From Desulfurococcales archaeon (GTDB lineage Archaea > Thermoproteota > Thermoprotei_A > Sulfolobales > Desulfurococcaceae): 64,000 bases of DNA. The notes beneath the pieces are model-generated. The model was not told where the DNA came from, did not search any database, and saw only the letters and a list, made by a program, of their open reading frames with translations. Position numbers and translations under genes: made by a program. The stretch spans positions 32,001 to 96,000 of the forward strand of contig JALVYU010000011.1 of assembly GCA_027022365.1 (NCBI GenBank). The letters run 5' to 3'. Shown in pieces: positions 40,595 to 49,766 of the stretch (the stretch's first letter is position 1; each line of letters starts with the position of its first letter).

Positions 40595-41620
40595 TTGTTG
40601 TCTACATGGACAGAAACATTCTACGTTATCCTAGCATCTATAATAAGCTTCATGCTAAGCCTCCACTTGGTCCGCTGGTGGATCCATAAGGCACGCGAGA
40701 TAGGCCTGACTGGTAAAGACATGAATAAGCCCGAGGAGATACAGATCCCTGAGAGCGGCGGAATATGGGTCGGTGTCGCCGCTAGTTTCGGTCTCCTAGT
40801 CTTCATCGCGCTACAGATATACCTTTCCAAGTACAAGGAATACAATTTAGAGCTCATGGCACTAGCTCTCATGCTCTTCATGTCTAGTTTCCTCGGCTTC
40901 TTAGACGATATTCTTGGCTGGAAGAAGGGATTGAAGCCATGGAGCAAGATCATCTATATGGCCCCTCTTGCTCTCCCCATAGTAGTGATCAAGGCGGGCT
41001 ACTCCATCATAACACTGCCTATCATAGGGCCGGTTAACCTAGGCCTCATATACCCCTTAGTACTGGTCCCCATCGGTATACTCGGCGCAGCCAATGCGTT
41101 CAACATGTTGGCAGGGTATAACGGACTGGAGGCTGGACAGGGCATACTATTGATGCTGTTCACGCTCATCTACTCGTGGATCAAGGGTTTACACCCAAGC
41201 CTCGAAGCCTCAGCGATAATGTTGGCCGCAATACTGGGCTTCATGATCTATAACTGGTACCCGGCAAAAGTGTTTCCCGGCAATAGTTTTACGCATGGGC
41301 TGGGAGCATACTATGCAGCAATTGTGATTATGGGTAACTTCGAGAAATTCGGCATAATGCTCTTCACTCTCTACTTCATAGAACTAGCATTATTCTTACG
41401 TGGACTCAAAGACGGTGTCTACAAGGAGAATTTCGGCAAAGTACAGCCGGATGGCACTATCCTGCCGCCATACGAGAGGGTTTATAGCCTAACTCATCTA
41501 GCGATAAAGGCCCTGATTAGGATGAGGGGGTATGCTCGGGAGAAGGACGTCACCCTATTCATACTTTCCTTGCAGGTAATAGTCGGTGTTCTCTCCCTAG
41601 TTCTTATAAGATATGTTTAG
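40595..41620 (+). CDS. UDP-GlcNAc:dolichyl-phosphate GlcNAc-1-phosphate transferase (glycosyl transferase family 4, AglH-like)
   Basis: GKDMNK, PESGG, GFLDD, NAFNMLAGYNGLE, YNWYPAKVFPGN. Confidence 0.9.
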   Translation: MLSTWTETFYVILASIISFMLSLHLVRWWIHKAREIGLTGKDMNKPEEIQIPESGGIWVGVAASFGLLVFIALQIYLSKYKEYNLELMALALMLFMSSFLGFLDDILGWKKGLKPWSKIIYMAPLALPIVVIKAGYSIITLPIIGPVNLGLIYPLVLVPIGILGAANAFNMLAGYNGLEAGQGILLMLFTLIYSWIKGLHPSLEASAIMLAAILGFMIYNWYPAKVFPGNSFTHGLGAYYAAIVIMGNFEKFGIMLFTLYFIELALFLRGLKDGVYKENFGKVQPDGTILPPYERVYSLTHLAIKALIRMRGYAREKDVTLFILSLQVIVGVLSLVLIRYV

Positions 41621-41623
41621 ATA

Positions 41624-42343
41624 CTAGATAACGTTTGGTGGAAGAGGATTAGACACGTATCCATTATATCCTGTCCTAACTAGCTCGGAAGCCCTTATGC
41701 CGCTTTGGATTAAAGGTGAGACATAGGGCCATGGCTGGCTACAACTATAGATCATCGCGGCAGACATGCCAGCGACAATAAATCCGGGAATCAACCAATA
41801 GGTTCTCTCAACGAGCTCTTGTGAGCCAGGAATAGTAGGGCCCAAACCCTCTGATACAACGCCGATCTTAAGCCTGTCAAGCACCATGCCCGTTAAATAA
41901 CCATTAGCTGTTGCATCGATGACTATTCTTGAGCCTATGATCTCCTTATCGCCGAGCATATGCTCGTTAAGTTCTCTTATTATAATGCCTGCGATGGTTA
42001 TCCCTGTTCCGCCGGGTGAGAACAGGGGCTCTAGGTCAGTATTAACGATGATTTCGCCACCTAGGTCGAGTATTCTCGAGGAAAGCTTAACGATGTACTC
42101 GAGAGGCCTTATCCACTTCTTATCATTATCGCTGAAGATCTTTACTCCGGACTTGGTTAAGAAATCAACTACACTGTCATCGATATAGGCTTTATCGCCT
42201 AATCCAGCGTAGTAAGTGTACTGCGAAAGCCCCGGTTCGGGCTCGATCACGATGACGTTATATCTGTTTTCGAGGAGTGAAGCAGCTGCCGCGAGACCTG
42301 TATATCCGGCCCCGATGATTATTACGTCATAGTTTCTCGACAT
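41624..42343 (-). CDS. Diverged Thi4-like FAD-dependent protein
   Basis: IIGAGYTGL, IDATA, PGFIVAGM...SGIRASEL; the Thi4 RMGP motif is replaced by QPWP. Confidence 0.7.
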   Translation of the reverse strand: MSRNYDVIIIGAGYTGLAAAASLLENRYNVIVIEPEPGLSQYTYYAGLGDKAYIDDSVVDFLTKSGVKIFSDNDKKWIRPLEYIVKLSSRILDLGGEIIVNTDLEPLFSPGGTGITIAGIIIRELNEHMLGDKEIIGSRIVIDATANGYLTGMVLDRLKIGVVSEGLGPTIPGSQELVERTYWLIPGFIVAGMSAAMIYSCSQPWPYVSPLIQSGIRASELVRTGYNGYVSNPLPPNVI

Positions 42344-42427
42344 CAACACGCTTTCTCCCTTAACCCGTAGGACTTGGCTCGGCATAGGCTTTTACAGTTT
42401 TTTAGAAAAAGAACTTTACGAAAAGTA

Positions 42428-42496
42428 TGTGGTTGGCGGTGAATACGTCCCTGGCCGTTTCATCCCGCCAGGACTTGCCTGGGCGTCGCGGCCACA
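42428..42496. ncRNA. Structured intergenic element containing an 18-nt 16S rRNA-identical segment
   Basis: GC-rich two-stem hairpin in an AT-rich spacer; GCGGTGAATACGTCCCTG at 42436-42453 matches the conserved archaeal 16S segment as recalled. Confidence 0.55.
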
Positions 42497-42517
42497 ATAT
42501 ATTTTCGTTGTCTAGCC

Positions 42518-43795
42518 TTATTTTGCTTCACCCTTTAGATATTCTTCGAGGAGCTTCTTTGCATAGTCATACCTTATTCTCCCCTCACTAATCATTCTCT
42601 CCGCTATCTTGTCTACGAGCTCGCCCTGGGCGCCAGCCATTATCGCTAGGTTTCTAGCATGTAGTCTCATGTGTCCTTTCTGTATTCCCTCATGTACCAG
42701 TGCACGTAGTGCAGCGAGGTTCTGTGCTAGACCGACGGCGGCCATAATATCTGCTAGTTCCTTGGCGGTCTTGACGCCAAGTATTTTCAGAGCGATCCTG
42801 CTTATTGGGTGTACTTTTGTCGCCCCACCAACAATACCTACTTGCAGTGGTAGCTCGATGCTTCCAACAAGGTATCCTTCCTCGTCTAGCTCCCAGTAGC
42901 TGAGCGGCTTATATACCCCTGTTCGGGCGGCGTAGGCGTGGGCTCCAGCCTCGATCGCTCTATGGTCTTGGGCTGTAGCGAGAGCTACTGCTATTACCCC
43001 GTTCATAATCCCCTTGTTGTGCGTCACGGCCCTGTATGGATCAATGTCCGCCAGCACGCTTGCCTCCACGATCTTCTTTGCTATATCTTCTCCGCCAACG
43101 TTCTCCGGTTTAGTTCTCGCCCATGCCCGGACTATTCTTCTAGTAGCATAGTTGCTTATGATCCTTAGCCTCGCCTCGCCACCCGTGATCTTCTCGAGCA
43201 ATGGTGCAATGCATTCTACCATGGTGTTCACGGCATTAGCGCCCATGGCGTCCAGGACGTCAACGATTAGATGAACAACTATGACTGGCCCGATCCTAGA
43301 GTCTAGGACGCGTACCTCTAGGTCTCTAGGGCCGCCTCCAAGTCTTAATAGTGTTGAGTCTTGTTGCCGCGCATGATCAAGTATCTCCTCCTTATGCTCG
43401 ATTATCTTCATGGCCTTGTACCGGGGGGCAGTCACGTTGACCAGCATGACCTGCCCGATCATCTCCTGCGGGCCAGCCCTAGCTATTATCCCATCACCTT
43501 CCCTGAGCATCTTAGCAGCATTACTCGCTGCGGCTACAACACTTGTTTCCTCGATAACCATTGGGACAAGATAGTCCTTGCCGTTAATCTTGAAGTTAAC
43601 TGCTACGGCGAAAGGCATAGTCATGCCGCCGATCACGTTTTCGATCATACTATCAGCTATTTTCTCGGGAAGATTACCGAGATTCCTGAGGAGCTCCACC
43701 TCTTCATCGCTAAGACCCGCCCACTCCGCAACAATCTTAAGTCTTTCGTCAAGACTTAACTTATAGAAACCCTTGATCCTCGAGGACCTGGCCAT
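42518..43795 (-). CDS. hmgA: HMG-CoA reductase, class II
   Basis: IENVIG, EETSVVAA, DAMGAN, THNKGIMNG, GIQKGHM. Confidence 0.95.
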   Translation of the reverse strand: MARSSRIKGFYKLSLDERLKIVAEWAGLSDEEVELLRNLGNLPEKIADSMIENVIGGMTMPFAVAVNFKINGKDYLVPMVIEETSVVAAASNAAKMLREGDGIIARAGPQEMIGQVMLVNVTAPRYKAMKIIEHKEEILDHARQQDSTLLRLGGGPRDLEVRVLDSRIGPVIVVHLIVDVLDAMGANAVNTMVECIAPLLEKITGGEARLRIISNYATRRIVRAWARTKPENVGGEDIAKKIVEASVLADIDPYRAVTHNKGIMNGVIAVALATAQDHRAIEAGAHAYAARTGVYKPLSYWELDEEGYLVGSIELPLQVGIVGGATKVHPISRIALKILGVKTAKELADIMAAVGLAQNLAALRALVHEGIQKGHMRLHARNLAIMAGAQGELVDKIAERMISEGRIRYDYAKKLLEEYLKGEAK

Positions 43796-43820
43796 GTGAC
43801 CACCTAATTATATCCTTAGA

Positions 43821-44633
43821 ATGATACTAGTTATTAATTGCAGGCTGGGGGTGCATGGTTTGCTTGTCGAAGAGATAGCAGAGAAAGAGATCTCCCTACT
43901 ACGGGAAGAACCACTGATCACCGAGTGCCTTATAGGATTAAGGTACTCGTACTGCGAGATCATGGTTGATGGCGAGAAGTATCTGGGCGTATCTATCACG
44001 CCCATAGAGGATCTACTTAACGTCTCTCCCAGCCTAAACCTCCCCAAGACGATTCATGAGTTGCGAAGACTTGTCAGGAGCCCTAATCCATATGACAGGA
44101 CAATAGCGCAGGCTCTCTTGAACGCGCTCGGCTCGTACTTAATAAGAACAATGATGCAGGAGGAAATAGAGCTTATTGAAGCAGATATTATAGAATTGAT
44201 AGGAAGACGTATTGTAGAGCCAGTATTACTAGTAGGAAACATGGGTCCCCTAAGGAGAAAACTCGTTGAGCAGGGAATCGGCGAAATATATGTCGTTGAG
44301 AGAAATCCATTGAATAGATATAATGCCTTACCCGACGTATCGCTTCCCAGGCTCATCGGAAGAGCCAAAACGATCATAATAACCGGCGCGACACTAGTAA
44401 ATGATACGATCGACTATATAGTTGAGAAAGCCAGAAACAATAAAAACCTAGTGCTCGTAGGCCCTACAGCATCTGTTTACCCGCCCATAATAGTTCCGAA
44501 GTACTTCAACATAGTAGCGTCCATGATACCTAGGAACATAGATGCCGTGAAAAACGTGATCAGGGCGGGCGGCGGTAGATGGGATTTCAGCCGATACTGT
44601 AACAGCTACTTGTTTTCCGGGGAGAAGAATTGA
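43821..44633 (+). CDS. DUF364 family Rossmann-like protein
   Basis: ALLNAL, VGNMGP, ITGATLVNDT, VGPTA. True start probably near 43860. Confidence 0.8.
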   Translation: MILVINCRLGVHGLLVEEIAEKEISLLREEPLITECLIGLRYSYCEIMVDGEKYLGVSITPIEDLLNVSPSLNLPKTIHELRRLVRSPNPYDRTIAQALLNALGSYLIRTMMQEEIELIEADIIELIGRRIVEPVLLVGNMGPLRRKLVEQGIGEIYVVERNPLNRYNALPDVSLPRLIGRAKTIIITGATLVNDTIDYIVEKARNNKNLVLVGPTASVYPPIIVPKYFNIVASMIPRNIDAVKNVIRAGGGRWDFSRYCNSYLFSGEKN

Positions 44634-44986
44634 TTGTGTGGGAGCCCGATAAAGGGGTCATAAGGAAAGCGTCAATAAATGATCTCATGGAGGCAACATA
44701 TATCCTGCTCAATCTAGTGCCCCCAGGCAAGACCATAACGTACGGCTCACTGGCTAAAATCCTAGGTATTACTCCGAGATTGGTTGGACTGTTCATGAAG
44801 AAGAATAGGAAACCAATAATAATTCCGTGTCATAGAGTTGTGGGGAGGAATGGTGAGCTTAAAGGATATAGCCGTGGAGGCCCCGAGATCAAGAAGAAAC
44901 TATTGATGCTTGAAAACGTGCGGTTCAAGAATGACCGGGTAGCCAAGGACTGTATCATTTCTCTCGACTGGATCCTCGACCCATAA
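44630..44986 (+). CDS. ogt: O6-methylguanine-DNA methyltransferase
   Basis: ITYGSLA, PRLVG, IPCHRVV active site. Confidence 0.9.
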   Translation: MIVWEPDKGVIRKASINDLMEATYILLNLVPPGKTITYGSLAKILGITPRLVGLFMKKNRKPIIIPCHRVVGRNGELKGYSRGGPEIKKKLLMLENVRFKNDRVAKDCIISLDWILDP

Positions 44987-45530
44987 TGTATGGTAGATGT
45001 ATGTGGAGATACTCGGCTATCCTAAACGTGAGATAAGGAAGTGATTGCAATGTACTCACTATTCCTTTGATGAACACCGTTTTTTGTCTACCAAGTAGGG
45101 CCTTATTCATTTCTAAGCTCCTATAGTATCGCTCGATAATTATCCCATAGATCTTGAGCGCTAAAAGCACGAGAACAAGTTTATTACCCCCATGCTTAAC
45201 CGTGTACAATAATTCCCGGTCTGTGACTGTGCCGAAGAAGAGTATAAACATGCTATAGTACCCGATGTATGTTATGTTATGGTATACCCCATAAATGCTC
45301 ATGAAGAAAAATGTGAGACCTAATATTATTAGTACGCTCACAACATAGGATACAGCGGAGCCTGCACCCCTTATTTCCAGGAGCATAACAACCGTTATAA
45401 TAACTAGTAATGAGCAAATTAGTACAGGACTAATATCTCCAAACAAATAGAGTAGGATCGCGCCCGTTATGAATGCTCCCCCTCTAATCATAAGGGGAAG
45501 GTAGGCCTTCAACGACACCGAGCTCCTCAC
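44955..45530 (-). CDS. Membrane protein, probable T component of a second ECF/ABC system
   Basis: Multi-TM; overlaps the ATPase gene. Confidence 0.6.
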   Translation of the reverse strand: MRSSVSLKAYLPLMIRGGAFITGAILLYLFGDISPVLICSLLVIITVVMLLEIRGAGSAVSYVVSVLIILGLTFFFMSIYGVYHNITYIGYYSMFILFFGTVTDRELLYTVKHGGNKLVLVLLALKIYGIIIERYYRSLEMNKALLGRQKTVFIKGIVSTLQSLPYLTFRIAEYLHIHLPYIMGRGSSREK

Positions 45531-46677
45531 CTCGTGGAAGCGTTGTAATGACTACTCCGCCCCCTTCAAGATACTGGTTGATAAGATCATAGATCACATT
45601 TCTTCTCATGGAATCTATTCCCTCAAGCCATGAATCCAGCAGAAGGACGGATCTACCGGAGAACAGCTGCGGGATCAGTAGTGTTAGTCTCCTTTGACCA
45701 TCACTGAGCGCAACGTAGGGTTTATCGCCGCCTTCAACACCAAGTTCTCTCAGAGTGAAGAATGATTTCTTAGCACACTCTTTTTCATGCCTGCACAGGT
45801 TTCCTACTACGTCCCTAAGAGTCACCCCTGGAGATACTAGGAGTGTGTCGTCTGGAACAAAACCTGTTTTTCCCTTGATCTCTATTCTCCCCTTATATTT
45901 GAGAGCACCAGCTATAGCTAGTAATGTGCTTGTCTTTCCCGAGCCGTTCGGACCAATTATTGTTACTGCTTCTCCGCTCCTGAGCCTTAGTTCTTCGAGC
46001 TCTATTTGTTTTCTACCGCGTTTAACGACGAGGTTTTCAATGACTATTTCTCCATTTGTCGCTATCGGCGGCGGTGGGTCGATCTTGTCTATTAGCTGTC
46101 TCGCCATTACGCGTGCTTCACGGCCCTCTGGATATGAATTTTCCTTATTAGTTGCAACTACTACTAGTATTCGCCCACTCAAATCTTCTATGATCTTTTT
46201 TGCCAGCTCTACGTATTTCTCGTCTAGACCACTATAGGGTTCATCGAAACACACTAGTTCAGACATTATGTTATGAGCCTTAATTATTTCGAGGATCTTT
46301 CTCTCCCCATAACTCATATAACCGATCTTTTTATCTAAAACCCTCTTGACAAGCTGAACACTTGTCAGCGGTGCATGATCATTACGGCTTATCAGCCACA
46401 GCTCATCATACCCTGTATCGCCAAGGGTTATTAGCCATGGTTCTTGGGGAACAAACCATTTCCTTGTATTACCCGGCTCTACTTCTATGCCCTTATACGA
46501 TATCTCGTTTATTTCATCTAGTCCCGCTATTGCTTTTAGAAGGATGGTTTTTCCCGAGCCATTTGGGCCTTTAATGTAGAGTATTCCCGGCGATTCAGCT
46601 ATAATGTCGGATACACGTGCAGTGTGATCGCCTATCCTTATCTCGGCCTCGCTAAATCTAATAGTTGTCTGCGCCAC
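45484..46677 (-). CDS. Duplicated ABC/ECF ATPase
   Basis: Two GPNGSGKT motifs, MSYGE/LSDGQ. Confidence 0.88.
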   Translation of the reverse strand: MAQTTIRFSEAEIRIGDHTARVSDIIAESPGILYIKGPNGSGKTILLKAIAGLDEINEISYKGIEVEPGNTRKWFVPQEPWLITLGDTGYDELWLISRNDHAPLTSVQLVKRVLDKKIGYMSYGERKILEIIKAHNIMSELVCFDEPYSGLDEKYVELAKKIIEDLSGRILVVVATNKENSYPEGREARVMARQLIDKIDPPPPIATNGEIVIENLVVKRGRKQIELEELRLRSGEAVTIIGPNGSGKTSTLLAIAGALKYKGRIEIKGKTGFVPDDTLLVSPGVTLRDVVGNLCRHEKECAKKSFFTLRELGVEGGDKPYVALSDGQRRLTLLIPQLFSGRSVLLLDSWLEGIDSMRRNVIYDLINQYLEGGGVVITTLPRGEELGVVEGLPSPYD

Positions 46678-47431
46678 TGATCCTCCTCCTAATCAGTATT
46701 TCCCATGGCTTCAGCGTTGAAAGTATGATTATACTGCCTATTATGATTAGAATTGTGCGCTCAATAGGATAGATGTAGGCGGACATGTTCCATATCTTAT
46801 ACCAGTTAGCCTGGAACCTCGGGTTTGTGGCGAGCTGCGAAATGTTTCCTTGTAGATACAGGTAGTTCAGAACCCATGCAAGGTTCCCTCCCATATGATC
46901 TCCTATAACCCCAGCTATAATGCTTCCTATGCCTCTTAGAATCTTCTTGCCGATGATATAGGGTGTCGCGATCGCCAGGCCTACCGTGACCGCTACATCG
47001 TATACTAGTACGCCTAGATAGTTCAATATGTATGGATATTGAACAGCTACGAATACTATATAGAGTACCGCCAATATGCCGAGCGAGTAATGAGGCTTCC
47101 CCGAATAATATGTTCCCGCGACAATGAAGCTGATCACAAGGGGCATGAAGAAGAAGGGACCGAAAAACGTGATCAGAGACGAGTTATACTGAACAGCGAC
47201 AATGAGTGTTATCAAGACAGCTGTTACGCCGAGTCTCAAACCAAGATAAATGCCTATAATGCTCCCAGCGAGGGCGCCGAGGGTGATGAACCCAGCACCA
47301 CCGATTATCGGGAACGCTGGGATTAAATTAAGGGCGATAGCGGCGCCAGATACGACGATTATTGATGCAATGACTAGTGCTGCCTTACTATTTTTTCCGG
47401 TTTTCATCATCATTTTTGACTCCCATTTCAC
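46658..47431 (-). CDS. Probable ECF S-component membrane protein
   Basis: PIIGGAGFITLG N-terminus, multi-TM, YPIER end. Confidence 0.7.
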   Translation of the reverse strand: MKWESKMMMKTGKNSKAALVIASIIVVSGAAIALNLIPAFPIIGGAGFITLGALAGSIIGIYLGLRLGVTAVLITLIVAVQYNSSLITFFGPFFFMPLVISFIVAGTYYSGKPHYSLGILAVLYIVFVAVQYPYILNYLGVLVYDVAVTVGLAIATPYIIGKKILRGIGSIIAGVIGDHMGGNLAWVLNYLYLQGNISQLATNPRFQANWYKIWNMSAYIYPIERTILIIIGSIIILSTLKPWEILIRRRISGADNY

Positions 47432-47540
47432 ACAATAGTGGTGGGAGGGATTTTTATTCGCTACTAATGAGGATTGCTATGTACTTGAAGTAATGATCAA
47501 AAACTACAATAGAAACTACTGCTCTTTACTTTCCTTCTTT

Positions 47541-48203
47541 CTAGTACTTGTTCGTCCATGTGACTATTAAGGCTCTTAGATAATCAGCCGCCTCTTCACA
47601 TGCATCGGCCGCGTCTTCTAAGTCGCTGTTAAGGTCATGAAGTAGGATAGCTAGTGTTATGGGCTTGATATTATCGGAGTACTTGAGTAGTTTGCCCCTG
47701 TTAGAAACATCTATCTCGTCCGCCTCTTCCTCAATAGTCTCTATCTTCTTTAGGATCTCTTTTGCATCCTTATATTCTTCATCAAGTATTTTCTCGACGG
47801 CTACGCCGAGGAGCCTTGTCATAGATACTACTTTTTCTATGAGTAAATGAATACCGTCTCTTATGTCTGCAGGGGTTTCTAGATAGGGAATTATAGTGAG
47901 GTCTCTGGCTGCTTCTTTTACCCAGTCAGCTATTCTATCTATTCGTTTGATCAGATGGAAGAAATCCTCCTTGAAGCTCGGATCTAGTCTGCTCTCTTCA
48001 AGTAATAGGAGGATTTTTTTCCTTATCTTGTCGGCTTCGCTCTCGGTCTTCATCGTCTCAGCTAGCTTTTCCCTCGCCTCGCCTATACGCATATCGTTGA
48101 GTAATTCTATTCCCCGGTGGAAAGAGTTGACAGTATCTATGATCTTAGATACGTATTCCTCGAATAACTCGATTATCGGTTCTGGGAGTATATCCCTTAT
48201 CAA
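47541..48203 (-). CDS. DUF47/PhoU-like phosphate transport regulator
   Basis: Repeated E.EAD...D.IAD motifs. Confidence 0.85.
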   Translation of the reverse strand: MIRDILPEPIIELFEEYVSKIIDTVNSFHRGIELLNDMRIGEAREKLAETMKTESEADKIRKKILLLLEESRLDPSFKEDFFHLIKRIDRIADWVKEAARDLTIIPYLETPADIRDGIHLLIEKVVSMTRLLGVAVEKILDEEYKDAKEILKKIETIEEEADEIDVSNRGKLLKYSDNIKPITLAILLHDLNSDLEDAADACEEAADYLRALIVTWTNKY

Positions 48204-48255
48204 CCGCTACTCAGCCTCAGTGTTAGAGAATTAAGTATCTGGATTTTATTTTTAA

Positions 48256-48783
48256 TCATGGCTTACTCGAGGCCAGCGCCAATATATTGTCGGGCTCCGT
48301 AACAGTGATCGTAGCTACGCGTCTCCTATGGTATAATCTGACGCTTCTGATGTATACGATGTAGTCGGGACGAGTGAGCGACACTGGCCGATCTATTTTC
48401 TCCGCAATGATCTTTATTGCATCGCTGCTATGAGCGGGCATTCTTGTTTCACGCCAGTAGAGTCTCCCGCGTAGTGTTACGCGGTATGTCTTATCCACGG
48501 GTATCTTTTTCTTCGCTAGCTCGGCGGATTTCTCCGCTACGTCTTCCACATAGGGATTAGTGATGGCGTCAATAGGTATTATTCTATAGATAAGGTTTAG
48601 TTCGTCTCTATGTTGTTTCAACACCTCTACCGCTTTGTAGGGGTCGCTGACCCTGAGCAGGATTACAGCTGTAGCGGCATCAACGACCACGTAGTTGTCG
48701 AGGATATCCCTCAATATGCTGAGCACGTACCGGTAGTTCTCAGGGCCTGGCTCATGTGTCACCATCAGGTTGAATTCGGGCAT
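48256..48783 (-). CDS. THUMP-domain RNA-binding protein
   Basis: RIIPID, TYRVTLRGR, VSLTRPD. Start refined to MPEFNL after GGAGG. Confidence 0.82.
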   Translation of the reverse strand: MPEFNLMVTHEPGPENYRYVLSILRDILDNYVVVDAATAVILLRVSDPYKAVEVLKQHRDELNLIYRIIPIDAITNPYVEDVAEKSAELAKKKIPVDKTYRVTLRGRLYWRETRMPAHSSDAIKIIAEKIDRPVSLTRPDYIVYIRSVRLYHRRRVATITVTEPDNILALASSKP

Positions 48784-48896
48784 TCTACCTATTCTCCTCC
48801 ACATAATGGTGTTTCGAAGCGTTACTGCTATGTAGGTTAGGATAGATTGTTTAGCTAAAAATAAGTTCTTATCCATTTAGATAACATGCTTATATT

Positions 48897-49754
48897 TCAT
48901 GTTAGTCTCTCACGCATACATGATACGCCGTAGGACATCATGGCGAGTACTTCTATGATCCCGACCAGGTCGACCCCGTTATCCACGGTGAATTCCAGTG
49001 TGTAGGCGTCTCTTCTCTTAATGAATGGTAGTTGTTCCGCAACGTCTGCTATGAGTGAATCCCTAACAATTACTTCGACCCTGTAAGGCCCGGATAGCTT
49101 TAAGGGTTTGGCCCCGCCCTCCTTAAGGGACTGAGCGGCTTTCTCTAGTCCTTCTTCTAGCCTAGCGAGCACCTCGGGCATACTGTCGAATCCTCCAGCG
49201 TACCTGCTATATCCTTTCTTGAAGGGAACAAATACAGCCCAGGGAGTATAGGTCTCTACCTCTTCTCTGAGTGCTTCATCGCCTGCGACTAGGACAACCG
49301 GGACATTGTATTCGCCTGCGTACAAAGCGTTTAACAGGTACTCGCTCGCCCTCCTACCGTTGACTTTTATCAGGGCAAACGATCTGCCGCTCATCGTATG
49401 ATCCAGTACTCCGTGTTTGGTCCCGGCGGCAGCGTGGTAGCCGATGAAGAACGCCGCGTCGGTATTCTCGTCTAGACCTGCCAGCATAGAGTAGGGTCTG
49501 GGGTATCCCTGTATAAGCGTTGTTTTTTCAGGCATTTCTAGATAGTCGATATTGGTCATGGCGCCGTGGCTATCAGCAATAACAACTCTGTCAAAGCCCA
49601 GCTGAAGGAGTTTTTCGGCGGCCTTCTTTGCAACGATGGTCATGATCTTTGAGCCCTGCTGGAACTGGCTGAGCCTAGGTCCTAGCATGGTTGTCGAGGA
49701 GATGCCTGGGAGACCCTCGATATCGATTGATATGAAGGCCTTCATGTCCAGCAC
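48897..49754 (-). CDS. dppA: M55 family D-aminopeptidase
   Basis: SIDIEG, ADSHG, IGYHA, DHT. Confidence 0.92.
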   Translation of the reverse strand: MLDMKAFISIDIEGLPGISSTTMLGPRLSQFQQGSKIMTIVAKKAAEKLLQLGFDRVVIADSHGAMTNIDYLEMPEKTTLIQGYPRPYSMLAGLDENTDAAFFIGYHAAAGTKHGVLDHTMSGRSFALIKVNGRRASEYLLNALYAGEYNVPVVLVAGDEALREEVETYTPWAVFVPFKKGYSRYAGGFDSMPEVLARLEEGLEKAAQSLKEGGAKPLKLSGPYRVEVIVRDSLIADVAEQLPFIKRRDAYTLEFTVDNGVDLVGIIEVLAMMSYGVSCMRERLT

Positions 49755-49766
49755 CCTGTAAACAGG

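Noticed and set aside
42428-42496. TPP riboswitch upstream of the thi4-like gene
   Set aside because: Lacks the UGAGA and CUGAU...AGGGA consensus elements.
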